Positions 1-9,863 of a DNA stretch of 64,000 bases are shown here, piece by piece. The notes below the pieces were generated by a model. It did no database searches and was not told where the DNA came from. It saw only the letters and a program-made list of their open reading frames with translations. Every line of letters begins with the position of its first letter. Within the stretch, counting starts at the first letter, position 1. Location of the stretch: positions 6,469 to 70,468 of the forward strand of contig CASECF010000039.1 of NCBI GenBank assembly GCA_949286245.1, written 5' to 3'. Made by a program: the position numbers and the translations under genes. The DNA is from an uncultured Alphaproteobacteria bacterium. GTDB lineage: Bacteria > Pseudomonadota > Alphaproteobacteria > CAAHEQ01 > UBA3637.

Positions 1-406
1 TTGTTCTGATTCGGTCGGCAGAAATACCTTTTGCAATTAAATAACTCCGAGCAGCATTGGCACGGCGTTCACCTAACGCTAAGTTATATTCACGAGTGCC
101 GCGTTCGTCACAACGACCTTCGATTACAATTAAAGCCCGCGGATTGGCTTTTAACCATTCTGCTTGTTCCGTTAAAGCGGCGCGAGCTTCACTGTCCAAA
201 TCAGAGCTGTTTAATTTAAAATAAACAACTGAGTTTGTATCATCTTTGAATTGATCTGTCGTACTTGTCGGATTCAGTTCGGAAATATTGACATCGTCAC
301 TCCAACCACCCGTTGTATTTCCGTACAGATCGGCACCTTCTTTTTGAGAAGCACAAGCGCTTACCAAAGATAAAGCACAAACAACTGCGAATAATTTTTT
401 TAACAT
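1..406 (-). CDS. pal: Peptidoglycan-associated lipoprotein Pal (OmpA-family C-terminal domain), 3' end truncated by window edge
   Basis: Reverse translation starts MLKKLFAVVCALSLVSAC (lipobox LVSAC) and continues to an OmpA-like motif NLALGERRANAARSYL; start codon at 406-404 (cat); lies last in the tol cluster. Confidence 0.8.
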   Translation of the reverse strand, partial: MLKKLFAVVCALSLVSACASQKEGADLYGNTTGGWSDDVNISELNPTSTTDQFKDDTNSVVYFKLNSSDLDSEARAALTEQAEWLKANPRALIVIEGRCDERGTREYNLALGERRANAARSYLIAKGISADRIRT

Positions 407-734
407 GTTTTCTTCCTTTTATTTCAATAAATTTCTCTTCTAAGACAATAATAAAAGAGAGAAGTCTTTACATCCTTCCGGATAATAAAAAGCATAAAAT
501 AAATGAAAAGTCAAGGACATTCACTTGTCTTTTTGAATAAAAAAATCATCATTTAAAAAGTATATTTTTAATGAATGCACATTTTTAATGAATTAAATGG
601 TATGATCATATCCCCGATATTTATTAGATTTAAAGATTCCTTTAAAAAACAAAAAATGGCTAAATTTTAAATCGTAAAATAAATTATTAAAAAAAACCGT
701 CAATTAATGACGGCTTTTTATTTTTACTTTTTAA

Positions 735-1337
735 TTATTTTTCCACGCATTCCGGACAGGGGGCGTTTGGATCGGGACACGGGCAAACAATGGTTCGATT
801 CGGAACAGATTTCTTCGTTGTTTGATATGTTTCCCACCATGTCTTTTCTTTGACGGGTGTCACAATAATACGATCCGGTTGCTGAATTGTCGTTTTTGTT
901 GTTTGAGTTGTGATGACTTTTTCAGAATTTGTTTGGACTTGAGGTTGTTGGAGATATACAACCGCATCATTTTCTTCTTGAACTTCAATCGAAACTTGTT
1001 CGGCTGGAACGGCCTCTTTAATCACTTCTTGTTTTGTAATGACAATTCTTTTTTCTGCCGGAACAACAAACTCTTGCCCGTTGCTTCGAATGATAACAAC
1101 CGGCTGGCCGTCCGGAAGAGTGGAAGTCGTAAATGTGCGAGGATGTGTTCGGTTATAGGTTTCTACGACACAATCTCGGTAAGAAGCATTTTCATCCAAT
1201 AAGGGACAACCTAATTCCGCTCGTTTTTGTGCAATGTTTTCAGCTCGTTTCTCGGCTGCAGAATCCAAGTCCGGATCAAAACTTGAACAGGCTGTTAAAA
1301 ATGATAATCCCAGTGTCAGACAGAGTAATTTTTTCAT
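735..1337 (-). CDS. Lipoprotein of unknown function (Cys-rich C-terminus CPCPDPNAPCPEC), inserted between tolB and pal
   Basis: ORF of 200 aa with signal peptide plus lipobox LSFLTAC; no recognisable catalytic motifs. Confidence 0.5.
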   Translation of the reverse strand: MKKLLCLTLGLSFLTACSSFDPDLDSAAEKRAENIAQKRAELGCPLLDENASYRDCVVETYNRTHPRTFTTSTLPDGQPVVIIRSNGQEFVVPAEKRIVITKQEVIKEAVPAEQVSIEVQEENDAVVYLQQPQVQTNSEKVITTQTTKTTIQQPDRIIVTPVKEKTWWETYQTTKKSVPNRTIVCPCPDPNAPCPECVEK

Positions 1338-1510
1338 ACAGGTTCTCCTTTATTAAAACTCCCTTTCCCTCTTGTAAAACTTTCTGAGGAAAAAATCAAC
1401 CTTTTTTTTGTTTTTACCTCTATTTATCTTGATTTGAACGAGCCTTTTTCAAATTTTATTTTTGAAATCGGGGTATTTTCGGAAATGAAGTTGTTGAAGA
1501 TCCTTGTTGA

Positions 1511-2866
1511 TCAGTGCAAAAGAGGTGACCATGCCGGATCTGACGCATCTTCCGGTGTTTGAATCAATCTTTCATTATAACCCGTAATATCAATGGTATA
1601 TAGTTTAGCTGTTCCACCATCTCCCCAGCCGGTTGATCTTTCTTGTCTGAAAAACATAAGAACGCGACCATTTGGCGCCCATGTCGGTGCCTCTACTAAA
1701 AATCCGTTGGCAATTAACCGTTCTCCGGATCCATCCGGACGAATGAGACCAATGTGAAATTGTCCGTTCTTTATTTTTGTAAATGCAATATAGTCTCCTC
1801 GAGGTGACCAAACAGGAGTTGCATAACTGCCTTCTCCGAAACTGATTCGTTGGACGTTTGAACCGTCTGCATCCATGATATACAGTTGTTGATTTCCGCT
1901 TCGATCCGAGTTGAAAACAATTTTCGTTCCATCCGGTGAATATCCGGGGGAGGTATTAATGGATGGATGATTGGTAATTCGTTTTTTCTGTTTCGTTTCT
2001 AAATCATATGTGTAAATATCTGTATTACCTCGAACGGATAAACTCATAATCAATTTTTTCCCATCCGGTGAAAAACGAGGAGCAAACGTCATCCCCGGAA
2101 AATCACCGACGAGTTCAGAGGCTCCTGTTTCCAGATTCATGATATAAACCTTTGGTTTCCCATCTTTGTATGAAAAATAAGTGACCTCTTTCATGTTCGG
2201 CGAAAAACGAGGGGTTAATACCATTTCCCGACTATCCGTCAGATAATGGACATTGGCACCGTCTTGATCCATAATAGTCAATCGCTTTTTACGATTTCGT
2301 TGATTGCCATATTCCGAAATAAAAACGATTCTGGTATCAAAATAACCAGTTTCTCCCGTAATGCGTTGATAAATAGTGTCTGCAATAATATGAGCTAATT
2401 TTCTCCAAGCATTTTCATCCGTTGTTAAAACTTTTGCTTCCATTTGTGATTGAGCAAACACATCCCAAACCCGAAATGAAACTTTGATCTTGCCGTCCGG
2501 TGTTGATTTTAAATCACCGTGAATGAGGGCTTGTGCGTTAATGGCTTGCCAATCATTAAAATTGGGGCGATGATCTACGGAAGGCAAATTTTGGATATAC
2601 GCCTCCGGTTGAATATAACGAAATAATCCTGACCTTTCCAAATCGGCGACAACAACTTCCGTCATTTGTTCACCGAGAGACCTTGTCATATAGCTATCTC
2701 CGGTTAACGAGGGCATGGCAAACGGAAGCGGATCGGATTTGGCTCCCGTCACATCTATGCGAATGGCCGAACATGCCGGATAGACCCACAAAACACAAAT
2801 TAAAAAACAAAGACACTTTTTAAAAATTTGATTCATGTAAAACCCCCTGTTGATCAATTGTTTCAT
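1511..2866 (-). CDS. tolB: Tol-Pal system beta-propeller periplasmic protein TolB
   Basis: 451 aa with signal peptide and repeated beta-propeller blades (SPDG...[28 protein letters not shown]) typical of TolB; cluster context. Confidence 0.9.
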   Translation of the reverse strand: MKQLINRGFYMNQIFKKCLCFLICVLWVYPACSAIRIDVTGAKSDPLPFAMPSLTGDSYMTRSLGEQMTEVVVADLERSGLFRYIQPEAYIQNLPSVDHRPNFNDWQAINAQALIHGDLKSTPDGKIKVSFRVWDVFAQSQMEAKVLTTDENAWRKLAHIIADTIYQRITGETGYFDTRIVFISEYGNQRNRKKRLTIMDQDGANVHYLTDSREMVLTPRFSPNMKEVTYFSYKDGKPKVYIMNLETGASELVGDFPGMTFAPRFSPDGKKLIMSLSVRGNTDIYTYDLETKQKKRITNHPSINTSPGYSPDGTKIVFNSDRSGNQQLYIMDADGSNVQRISFGEGSYATPVWSPRGDYIAFTKIKNGQFHIGLIRPDGSGERLIANGFLVEAPTWAPNGRVLMFFRQERSTGWGDGGTAKLYTIDITGYNERLIQTPEDASDPAWSPLLH

Positions 2867-3051
2867 CTCTATCGCTTTTTATTCGTTTCTTTAAATTTTT
2901 TATTTTTCAAAATTCCCTCTTACAATATCTTAAAAAAGATTTTTTGTCATGTAATAAATACAGATCCGGCTTTTTCGTATAGTCTGAGTTTCTCAAGAAA
3001 ATTTAATGCTCTTTTTTGCTTAAACGATTGACCGTTTATTCCCTACATAAA

Positions 3052-3993
3052 TCAGAAAACACCTCCTGTGGCCGGATCAAATCGAATATAAATTTCTTTC
3101 CAGTCATTATAACTTTCCGGTCGTTTTTCAGCGAGTATTTTAAAAGGCGATTCTTCACCTAAGTTATCGCAGATGTAAACAGCACGTCTGGCACTTTCCG
3201 CAACGGATCTGAAAGACGGATGATTGTTGTTATTTAAAATTTTAGCCAATTTAACACGGCCGTCTCTTGTGATGTCGGCTCGAATCTCAATAATCATTTC
3301 ATCCACACCGGCTGCACCGGCATCCACGTTCCAACATCCTCGAAGTTTGTTGGCAATTAGATCTTGTTCTGAAATCGATAAAATTTGTGTCAAAGATCCA
3401 CCTGTACCACCTTGTATTCCTTCAGTCACTTGCTGATCAACGGGCTCTTCAGCCGGTTGTGTCTGAATAGGCGAGGGAGTGATCGGCTTTCGAACTTTAT
3501 CAACAGATGCTAACAAGCTTTTTAAATTATTGGTTGGCTTTGGAGATGTTGGTTTGGGAGTGGGTTTGTCTGCTCTTTTGGGAGAGGGAGTTGCCTTTTT
3601 AGGTGTTCCTTTTGGTTTTTGAGCCGGTTTTTTGGGAGAAACCTTTTTTGTTTCCTTAATCTGAACGGCATTCTTTTGAACCGGTGTTTCCTTCGGCTTT
3701 ACCAGTGTTGGTTTGGGTGTCGGTGCCTTTGATACTTTAGGCGTTAAATCTTGTTTTTCTTTCGGCTTGGGGGTCGAATGAACTGTTTTTTTGGGTTGCT
3801 CGGCTTTTTTCTTGATTTGTGGCGGTAAATTTGTCTTGTCTCCGATCTGAACTTTTGTCAGATCAATCATCAGGAGAGCCGGAGGTGTCTTTTGAAACTC
3901 TTCCCGACCCCACGAAAACTCCATCACCATGAGACTGATAATCAGACCATGGAGAAGAAGTGATAACAGAAAGGAATAAGATCGGGTATTCAC
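3052..3993 (-). CDS. tolA: TolA-like cell-envelope protein (N-terminal TM anchor, long Pro/Lys-rich spacer, globular C-terminal domain)
   Basis: Single N-terminal TM helix, KPxPK low-complexity middle, position between tolR and tolB; a TonB-like identity cannot be excluded from sequence alone. Confidence 0.65.
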   Translation of the reverse strand: MNTRSYSFLLSLLLHGLIISLMVMEFSWGREEFQKTPPALLMIDLTKVQIGDKTNLPPQIKKKAEQPKKTVHSTPKPKEKQDLTPKVSKAPTPKPTLVKPKETPVQKNAVQIKETKKVSPKKPAQKPKGTPKKATPSPKRADKPTPKPTSPKPTNNLKSLLASVDKVRKPITPSPIQTQPAEEPVDQQVTEGIQGGTGGSLTQILSISEQDLIANKLRGCWNVDAGAAGVDEMIIEIRADITRDGRVKLAKILNNNNHPSFRSVAESARRAVYICDNLGEESPFKILAEKRPESYNDWKEIYIRFDPATGGVF

Positions 3994-4003
3994 TCAAAAA
4001 CCT

Positions 4004-4420
4004 CTATAAATCTTTATGCATAATTTTTGAATCCGTTTTTAAACCGACTTGAGTATAACCGGCGGAGCGAAGTAATGCCATTACCTCAATTACACGCCCG
4101 TAAGAAGCCTCCTTATCTCCGCTGATCACTATTGAAATGCTGGGATTTTCACTGACAATCGCCCGTATTTTGGGGACTAAATCCGACATGGTGACTTGTT
4201 GTGTTCCGACATAAATCACGCCCTTGGAATCAACGCTGATATCTAAAGTTTTGTCCTGCCCCTCCAGTTGTTTCCCGTCACCTTTTGGCAGGTTGAGCGG
4301 AATTCCGGATGTTAACAAAGGTGCCGTAATCATAAAAATCGCCAATAAAGACGTCATAACGTCAATTAACGGGGTCAAATTAACCTCAGATCTGATTTTG
4401 TTGCGACGGGCTCTGGCCAT
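4004..4420 (-). CDS. tolR: TolR/ExbD family biopolymer transport protein
   Basis: 138 aa, N-terminal basic stretch then TM (LTPLIDVMTSLLAIFMI), ExbD/TolR hallmark; start overlaps the tolQ stop. Confidence 0.85.
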   Translation of the reverse strand: MARARRNKIRSEVNLTPLIDVMTSLLAIFMITAPLLTSGIPLNLPKGDGKQLEGQDKTLDISVDSKGVIYVGTQQVTMSDLVPKIRAIVSENPSISIVISGDKEASYGRVIEVMALLRSAGYTQVGLKTDSKIMHKDL

Positions 4421-5136
4421 CAGTCATTCTCCACTTGTTCAATTTGGCGAGATAAAATAGCACTCAATTCTCCGGCAAAAACTTCCATTCGCTGTGCCAT
4501 TCTGTCAATGTCATTTGTAAGCTTGTTATAGGCAATAACCGCCGGAATGGCTGCAATTAAACCAACAGCCGTTGTGAACAAGGCTTCTGCTACGCCGGGG
4601 GCAACAGCCGCAATATTGGTGCTTTGTGTCAGACCGATTGCATTAAAGCTATCCATAATGCCCCAAACCGTTCCGAATAACCCCAACAAAGGAGCAACTG
4701 ATCCGGTTGAGGCCAAAAAGACCATTTTGGTTTCCATTTTATCAACCTGCTTATCAATGGCAATTTGCATAACCTTATCAATACGTTCTTGAACTTTGAT
4801 TGTGGTTGTATTCTTCTTTTTTTCCGATAGGGAGCGTCTGAATTCTTTAATGCCGTTGATGAAGATGATCGCCAACGGATTGGACGGATTTTTGACGTTG
4901 TTATTATAAAGTGCTTCCAAAGATCCGCCGGACCAGAATTGCTCTTCAAACGCTTTCATTCCTTCTCGAATACGTTTAAACAAAAAGACTTTGTCAAAAA
5001 TAATGGCCCAGCACCAAACAGAAGCGATCAAAAGCCCCAAAATCAAACATTTCATAAAAATGTCCGAATCTAAAAACATGGTATACATGGACAAAGAGGT
5101 ATGAACGGTTTCTGGCTGCATCTTATTCTCCTTCAA
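4420..5136 (-). CDS. tolQ: TolQ/ExbB family proton channel protein
   Basis: 238 aa, three TM segments, MotA/TolQ/ExbB-like C-terminal region (VAPLLGLFGTVWGIM...AIAPGVAEAL). Confidence 0.85.
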   Translation of the reverse strand: MKENKMQPETVHTSLSMYTMFLDSDIFMKCLILGLLIASVWCWAIIFDKVFLFKRIREGMKAFEEQFWSGGSLEALYNNNVKNPSNPLAIIFINGIKEFRRSLSEKKKNTTTIKVQERIDKVMQIAIDKQVDKMETKMVFLASTGSVAPLLGLFGTVWGIMDSFNAIGLTQSTNIAAVAPGVAEALFTTAVGLIAAIPAVIAYNKLTNDIDRMAQRMEVFAGELSAILSRQIEQVEND

Positions 5137-5533
5137 TTAAATAGCGTCTAAATAAGTTTTTAATATCTTCCGGAATGCGAATGGGAGCTAATGTCTCTGG
5201 ATTGACAAACGCTAGCTGAAGCGTTATTGAAACCAACTCCTTGTCGTCCCTAAAAAAACGTTGTTCCATAATCATACTGGCATTTTTAATTTCACGAACG
5301 GCCGTTTTGATACACAAGTCATCATCCAATTTTGCCGGTGCCTTGTACACAATATTGAGTTGCCTTAAAACAAAAGCGACACCTCGATTGATCAAGGCCG
5401 TGTTGGATAAACCGATTTCTCTTAAAAGGTCAGATCTGGCTCGTTCGGCAAAATCCAAGTAGTTTGAATGATAAACGATTCCGCCGGCATCCGTATCTTG
5501 ATAATAAATACGAACCATTGTTTGATAAATCAT
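5123..5533 (-). CDS. ybgC: Tol-Pal-associated acyl-CoA thioesterase YbgC (4HBT fold)
   Basis: 136 aa, YYQDTDAGGIVYHSNYL hot-dog thioesterase motif; immediately upstream of tolQ. Confidence 0.8.
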   Translation of the reverse strand: MIYQTMVRIYYQDTDAGGIVYHSNYLDFAERARSDLLREIGLSNTALINRGVAFVLRQLNIVYKAPAKLDDDLCIKTAVREIKNASMIMEQRFFRDDKELVSITLQLAFVNPETLAPIRIPEDIKNLFRRYLIEGE

Positions 5534-5534
5534 T

Positions 5535-6560
5535 TTATAAATCCTCCAATAAATCAGGTTGCTTAACAGACATGATCGGTTTTAAGCCCAAATGTTTGAA
5601 ACCGGCTGCTGACAACATGCGACCTCGCGGTGTCCTCATAACTAATCCTAATTGCATTAAATAAGGTTCAATAACCTCTTCAATGGTATCCCGTTCTTCC
5701 GATAAAGCCGCACAAAGTGTTTCGGCCCCGACGGGTCCGCCGGCGTATTTTTCGGCAATGCACCGTAAGTAGCGCCGATCCATGGAATCTAATCCGGAAT
5801 GGTCAACTTCCAATCGTGTTAAAGCCGTATCGGCCAATTCCCTTGTGACGGCATTTTTTCCGGCAAAGTCACGTACGCGTCTTAGGAGCCTTCCTGCAAT
5901 TCGAGGTGTCCCACGGGAACGCTTGGCAATTTCTTCCGCTCCGTCCTCTGTCATATTCAAATTCAGAAGATGGGCGCCTCTCTTGACAATTTTGATTAAA
6001 TCGTCCGTGTCATAAAATTCTAATCGGAGCGGAATACCGAAACGATCCCTTAAGGGGGTGGATAATAATCCGGATCGGGTCGTAGCACCGACTAATGTGA
6101 ATGGCGGTAAATCAATTCGGACGGATCGAGCTGCCGGTCCTTCGCCGATAATAATATCTAATTGGAAATCTTCCATAGCGGAATACAACACTTCTTCTAC
6201 GGTTGGATTGAGGCGATGAATCTCATCAATGAAGAGAACATCTCGAGGTTCTAAATTGGTCAAAATAGCTGCCAAATCTCCCGCCTTGGATATCATCGGT
6301 CCGGCAGAGGGTCTGAACCCAACGCCCAATTCTTTGGCTATGATTTGGGCCAATGTTGTTTTACCCAATCCCGGAGGTCCGAATAATAAAGTATGATCCA
6401 ACGCATCTCGTCGATCTCGGGCCGCGTTGATAAAAACCCGTAAATTGTCACACAGACCTTTTTGTCCGACAAAATCATCCAAAGACTGTGGGCGTAAACC
6501 GGTGTATAATTCATCATCTCCCGGTGTTTTTTGCGGTGTAATGAGCCTGCTTTCAACCAT
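5535..6560 (-). CDS. ruvB: Holliday junction branch migration ATPase RuvB
   Basis: 341 aa, Walker [18 protein letters not shown] Walker B/sensor, overlaps ruvA by 8 nt. Confidence 0.95.
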   Translation of the reverse strand: MVESRLITPQKTPGDDELYTGLRPQSLDDFVGQKGLCDNLRVFINAARDRRDALDHTLLFGPPGLGKTTLAQIIAKELGVGFRPSAGPMISKAGDLAAILTNLEPRDVLFIDEIHRLNPTVEEVLYSAMEDFQLDIIIGEGPAARSVRIDLPPFTLVGATTRSGLLSTPLRDRFGIPLRLEFYDTDDLIKIVKRGAHLLNLNMTEDGAEEIAKRSRGTPRIAGRLLRRVRDFAGKNAVTRELADTALTRLEVDHSGLDSMDRRYLRCIAEKYAGGPVGAETLCAALSEERDTIEEVIEPYLMQLGLVMRTPRGRMLSAAGFKHLGLKPIMSVKQPDLLEDL

Positions 6561-7173
6561 TTTGTTTTCCTATTTCCTTGAGTGCCAAGCGAATTAATTC
6601 GGGTGTTGTGGCTGTTTGGTTGTCTTTAAGAATCGCAGAAACGGTTATTCCTGCCTCCGTACGGGAATATCCCAAATTAACCAATGCCGAAATTGTTTCA
6701 TTTAAAACGGTTGAAGTAGAACCGGAGGCTTCTTCAAAGCCAGAAATAACCATTGTTTCATTAGTGCCTAAAGATCCGAGCTTTCCTTTGAGCTCCGTCA
6801 CCAAACGAGTTCCTAATTTCGGACCGACACCGGAAGCCCTCGTAAATGCTTTTGAATCCCCTGTTATGACAGCCATTTGAATATCTGAAGGTGATAAAGC
6901 CGATAAAATCGCTAAGGCTACTCGAGATCCGACACCTTGAACCCCTGTCAGTAGAATAAAAGATTGTTGTTCAATTGTATCGGCAAACCCAAACAAATGA
7001 ATATGATCTTCTCGAACGTGTGTCTCTATCCAAAGAGTAGCAGTTTGTCCTTTGGGGGGCATTTTCATTGCCGTTTTTGCAGAACAAAACACACGATATC
7101 CCACTCCGGAAACGTCCAAAATCAAAAAACCGTCAAAGACGGAATCAATTATACCTGTCAGCTTTGCAATCAT
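6553..7173 (-). CDS. ruvA: Holliday junction DNA helicase subunit RuvA
   Basis: 206 aa, N-terminal OB domain (MIAKLTGII...DVSGVGYRV), HhH motifs, operon with ruvB. Confidence 0.9.
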   Translation of the reverse strand: MIAKLTGIIDSVFDGFLILDVSGVGYRVFCSAKTAMKMPPKGQTATLWIETHVREDHIHLFGFADTIEQQSFILLTGVQGVGSRVALAILSALSPSDIQMAVITGDSKAFTRASGVGPKLGTRLVTELKGKLGSLGTNETMVISGFEEASGSTSTVLNETISALVNLGYSRTEAGITVSAILKDNQTATTPELIRLALKEIGKQNG

Positions 7174-7318
7174 CTTTTTCCTCGCTCAATATAGTATATA
7201 AAATAAACCTAAAATGCAATGAATTTTATTTGCATTTTCTGTTTTTTTCATGTATGTTAACCTGTCATTAACTTTGTGTGTTATTTAATTTGGCATCTGC
7301 CGAAAAAGAGGAAATAAA

Positions 7319-8779
7319 ATGAATACTCTTAATGAAACCGTTCGGATTCCGCCTCAAAATTTGGAAGCGGAACAGGCTCTTTTAGGGGCTATTTTATCGA
7401 ATAACCGAGCTTTGGAGAAGGTTTCCGAGTTTTTACGTTCGGAGTGCTTTGCTAACCCCGTTCATGGTAAAATTTATGAGGCTTGCCGAACTTATATAGA
7501 GCAAGGTCGGATTGCCGATCCGATCACGTTGCGAGCTTTTTTTGAAGGAAACGAGGCGTTGAAGGAAGTGGGGGGTGCCGACTATTTAATGCAATTAGCG
7601 GCGGCATCGACAACAATTATCAATGCGGCGGATTACGGGCGTCAAATTTTGGATCGCTATATTCGGCGACAGCTCATTGCTCTTGGAAATGATGTTGTGA
7701 ATAACGCTTTTGATATTCAAATCGATGAGGAGGCTCTTCAGCAAGTTGAGGAAACTGAGAAACGCCTCTATCAGATTGCAAACGAAGGAGAAATGAACGG
7801 TGGTCCGAAAGCGTTGAATATCGCTTTACACGAATCGTTGATTTCAACGGAAAAGGCTATGAATAGTCCGTCCGGCTTATCGGGTGTGACGACAGGATTG
7901 GCTGAAATGGATCGCTTGTTGGGGGGGCTGCATGATTCGGATTTAATCATTTTGGCGGGCCGTCCGGCTATGGGGAAAACAGCTTTGGCAACAACAATTG
8001 CGTTTAATGCGGCTCAAAAGTTTGAAGAGGAAAATAAAAAAGCAGATGCCCCTAAAAAATCGGTTGCATTTTTTTCTTTGGAAATGTCGGCAGAGCAGTT
8101 GGCTACTCGTATTTTATCTGCTAAAGCACAGGTCCCGAGTCATTTGATGCGAACGGGTAAATTGACAAATGATCAGTTTGATGATTTGGCAGCGGGTGTT
8201 CAATTGTTAGGGAAATTGCCGCTTTATGTTGATGAAACACCGGGGATTACCGTGACGGCGATTAAAAACAGAGCACGTCGTTTAAAACGAGATAAAGAAA
8301 AGGGTCTCGGGCTTATTGTTATTGACTATTTACAGCTGGTGACGGCATCCGGACGGACGGAAAATCGTGTTCAGGAGTTATCCGAAATGACACGTCAGCT
8401 TAAGATTATGGCAAAAGAATTGAATGTTCCCGTTTTGGTTTTGTCTCAGTTGTCTCGATTGGTCGAACAAAGAGATAACAAACGTCCTCAATTGTCTGAT
8501 TTGCGTGAATCGGGTTCTATTGAACAAGACGCCGATATCGTGATGTTTGTTTTTCGGGAGATTTATTATTTGCAAAATGATATTCCCGTCAAGCACTTAA
8601 ATGAAACGCCCGAACGCTTTAACAGTCGTTTGTTGGAATGGGAACAAAAGAAAATCGAATTGGCCAATCAAGCGGAAGCCATTATTGCTAAGCAACGGCA
8701 TGGACCGGTCGGAACCGTTAAACTATACTTTAATGGAGAATTCGGTAAATTCGGTAATTTAGAGACAGATCACGTTTAA
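7319..8779 (+). CDS. dnaB: Replicative DNA helicase DnaB
   Basis: 486 aa, DnaB N-domain (QNLEAEQALLGAIL), Walker A GRPAMGKTALA, no intein; RBS aaagaggaa upstream. Confidence 0.95.
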   Translation: MNTLNETVRIPPQNLEAEQALLGAILSNNRALEKVSEFLRSECFANPVHGKIYEACRTYIEQGRIADPITLRAFFEGNEALKEVGGADYLMQLAAASTTIINAADYGRQILDRYIRRQLIALGNDVVNNAFDIQIDEEALQQVEETEKRLYQIANEGEMNGGPKALNIALHESLISTEKAMNSPSGLSGVTTGLAEMDRLLGGLHDSDLIILAGRPAMGKTALATTIAFNAAQKFEEENKKADAPKKSVAFFSLEMSAEQLATRILSAKAQVPSHLMRTGKLTNDQFDDLAAGVQLLGKLPLYVDETPGITVTAIKNRARRLKRDKEKGLGLIVIDYLQLVTASGRTENRVQELSEMTRQLKIMAKELNVPVLVLSQLSRLVEQRDNKRPQLSDLRESGSIEQDADIVMFVFREIYYLQNDIPVKHLNETPERFNSRLLEWEQKKIELANQAEAIIAKQRHGPVGTVKLYFNGEFGKFGNLETDHV

Positions 8780-8894
8780 ATTGATTGTGTTTTACGAATG
8801 ATTTAAGGTATTCATTTTTTTGATGAAATGAGAGAATATATTCGCATATGTTTTTGTTGAATGAATTGAAAAAGGTTGTCTCTTTTAGATGAGG

Positions 8895-8926
8895 AGAAAA
8901 AAATAAGGGAGCCAAGCTCCCTTTTA
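8895..8926. terminator. Bidirectional rho-independent terminator between convergent dnaB and pgsA
   Basis: A-run, stem GGGAGC-caa-GCTCCC, then TTTT. Confidence 0.5.
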
Positions 8927-8964
8927 GTCAATAAGTGACTTAAAAACAGTATGAATAAAGATAA

Positions 8965-9813
8965 TTAATCTTCATTCATATATTTAACGCCGGATTTCCA
9001 ATAATCATATCCTGTCATTACCGTTAAAATAGCGGCTCCCCACAGGGCAATGGATCCGATGCATTTGAGAAATAAAAAGAAATAACTGCCAACTTCATTC
9101 CCTCCGGCTAAAATAAGAACGGGTAAAGCTGTCATTTGACAGGCTGTTTTCCATTTGGCCAGTCGCGTAACGGGACATCCGACTTTGATTTCTGCTAAAA
9201 ATTCGCGTAATCCTGAAACTAAAATTTCACGACAGAGAATAATAACGGCCGGAATAATACCCCAATACCCTAAGCGACCGGAATAGGCAAGCATGATTAA
9301 TGTAGCACCAACCAATAACTTATCGGCAATCGGGTCTAAAACACGACCAAATCGTGAAAGTTGATTGAGGTGACGAGCCAAATAACCGTCCATATAATCG
9401 GTAATGCCTGCGGCAGCGAACAAAATGACACCCAGCCACGCCCAGAACAGAGAATCAAAAAAGAATGTGACAACAATTAAAGGGATGGCCCAAATACGTA
9501 AAAGTGTTAATACATTCGGAATATTGACCTGCTTTTTGACCGTTTTTTGAACCGTTTTTAATGTTTGAACGGCTTTTTGAGAGCTTTTTTTCAAAATAAC
9601 GGCAGGTCTTTTGGAACCCTTTTTTGTAGGTTGAAACGGTGTCTTTTTCTCTTTAAGCTCTACCTTGGGGGAATTAAAAGATTTTACGGGAACAGAACCT
9701 GCAGAAGAAGGTTTTGATGGTTTAAACCCTTTTTTTGAATGCGACTTTGATGCGTTTTTCTTTTTGTTTTGAGGATGCGAAGTGGATTGTTTTGAGAGTG
9801 TTTGTTTTTTCAT
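8965..9813 (-). CDS. pgsA: CDP-diacylglycerol--glycerol-3-phosphate 3-phosphatidyltransferase (CDP-alcohol phosphatidyltransferase family) with unusual ~95-aa Lys/Ser-rich N-terminal extension
   Basis: C-terminal 185 aa carry the CDP-OH transferase motif DYMDGYLAR...G...DPIADK and multiple TM helices; uvrC-pgsA adjacency as in enterobacteria. Confidence 0.8.
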   Translation of the reverse strand: MKKQTLSKQSTSHPQNKKKNASKSHSKKGFKPSKPSSAGSVPVKSFNSPKVELKEKKTPFQPTKKGSKRPAVILKKSSQKAVQTLKTVQKTVKKQVNIPNVLTLLRIWAIPLIVVTFFFDSLFWAWLGVILFAAAGITDYMDGYLARHLNQLSRFGRVLDPIADKLLVGATLIMLAYSGRLGYWGIIPAVIILCREILVSGLREFLAEIKVGCPVTRLAKWKTACQMTALPVLILAGGNEVGSYFFLFLKCIGSIALWGAAILTVMTGYDYWKSGVKYMNED

Positions 9814-9863
9814 GTTTTATCCTTACATACAATTTTATTGAGAAACAATATTCCTACTATACG

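Noticed and set aside
31-540. + strand ORFs 31-219 and 313-540
   Set aside because: They overlap the clearly recognisable pal gene on the minus strand and AT-rich intergenic DNA; no motif support.
822-1387. + strand ORFs 822-1202 and 1133-1387 opposite the lipoprotein gene
   Set aside because: Cys/Phe-rich junk translation antisense to a plausible lipoprotein with signal peptide and lipobox.
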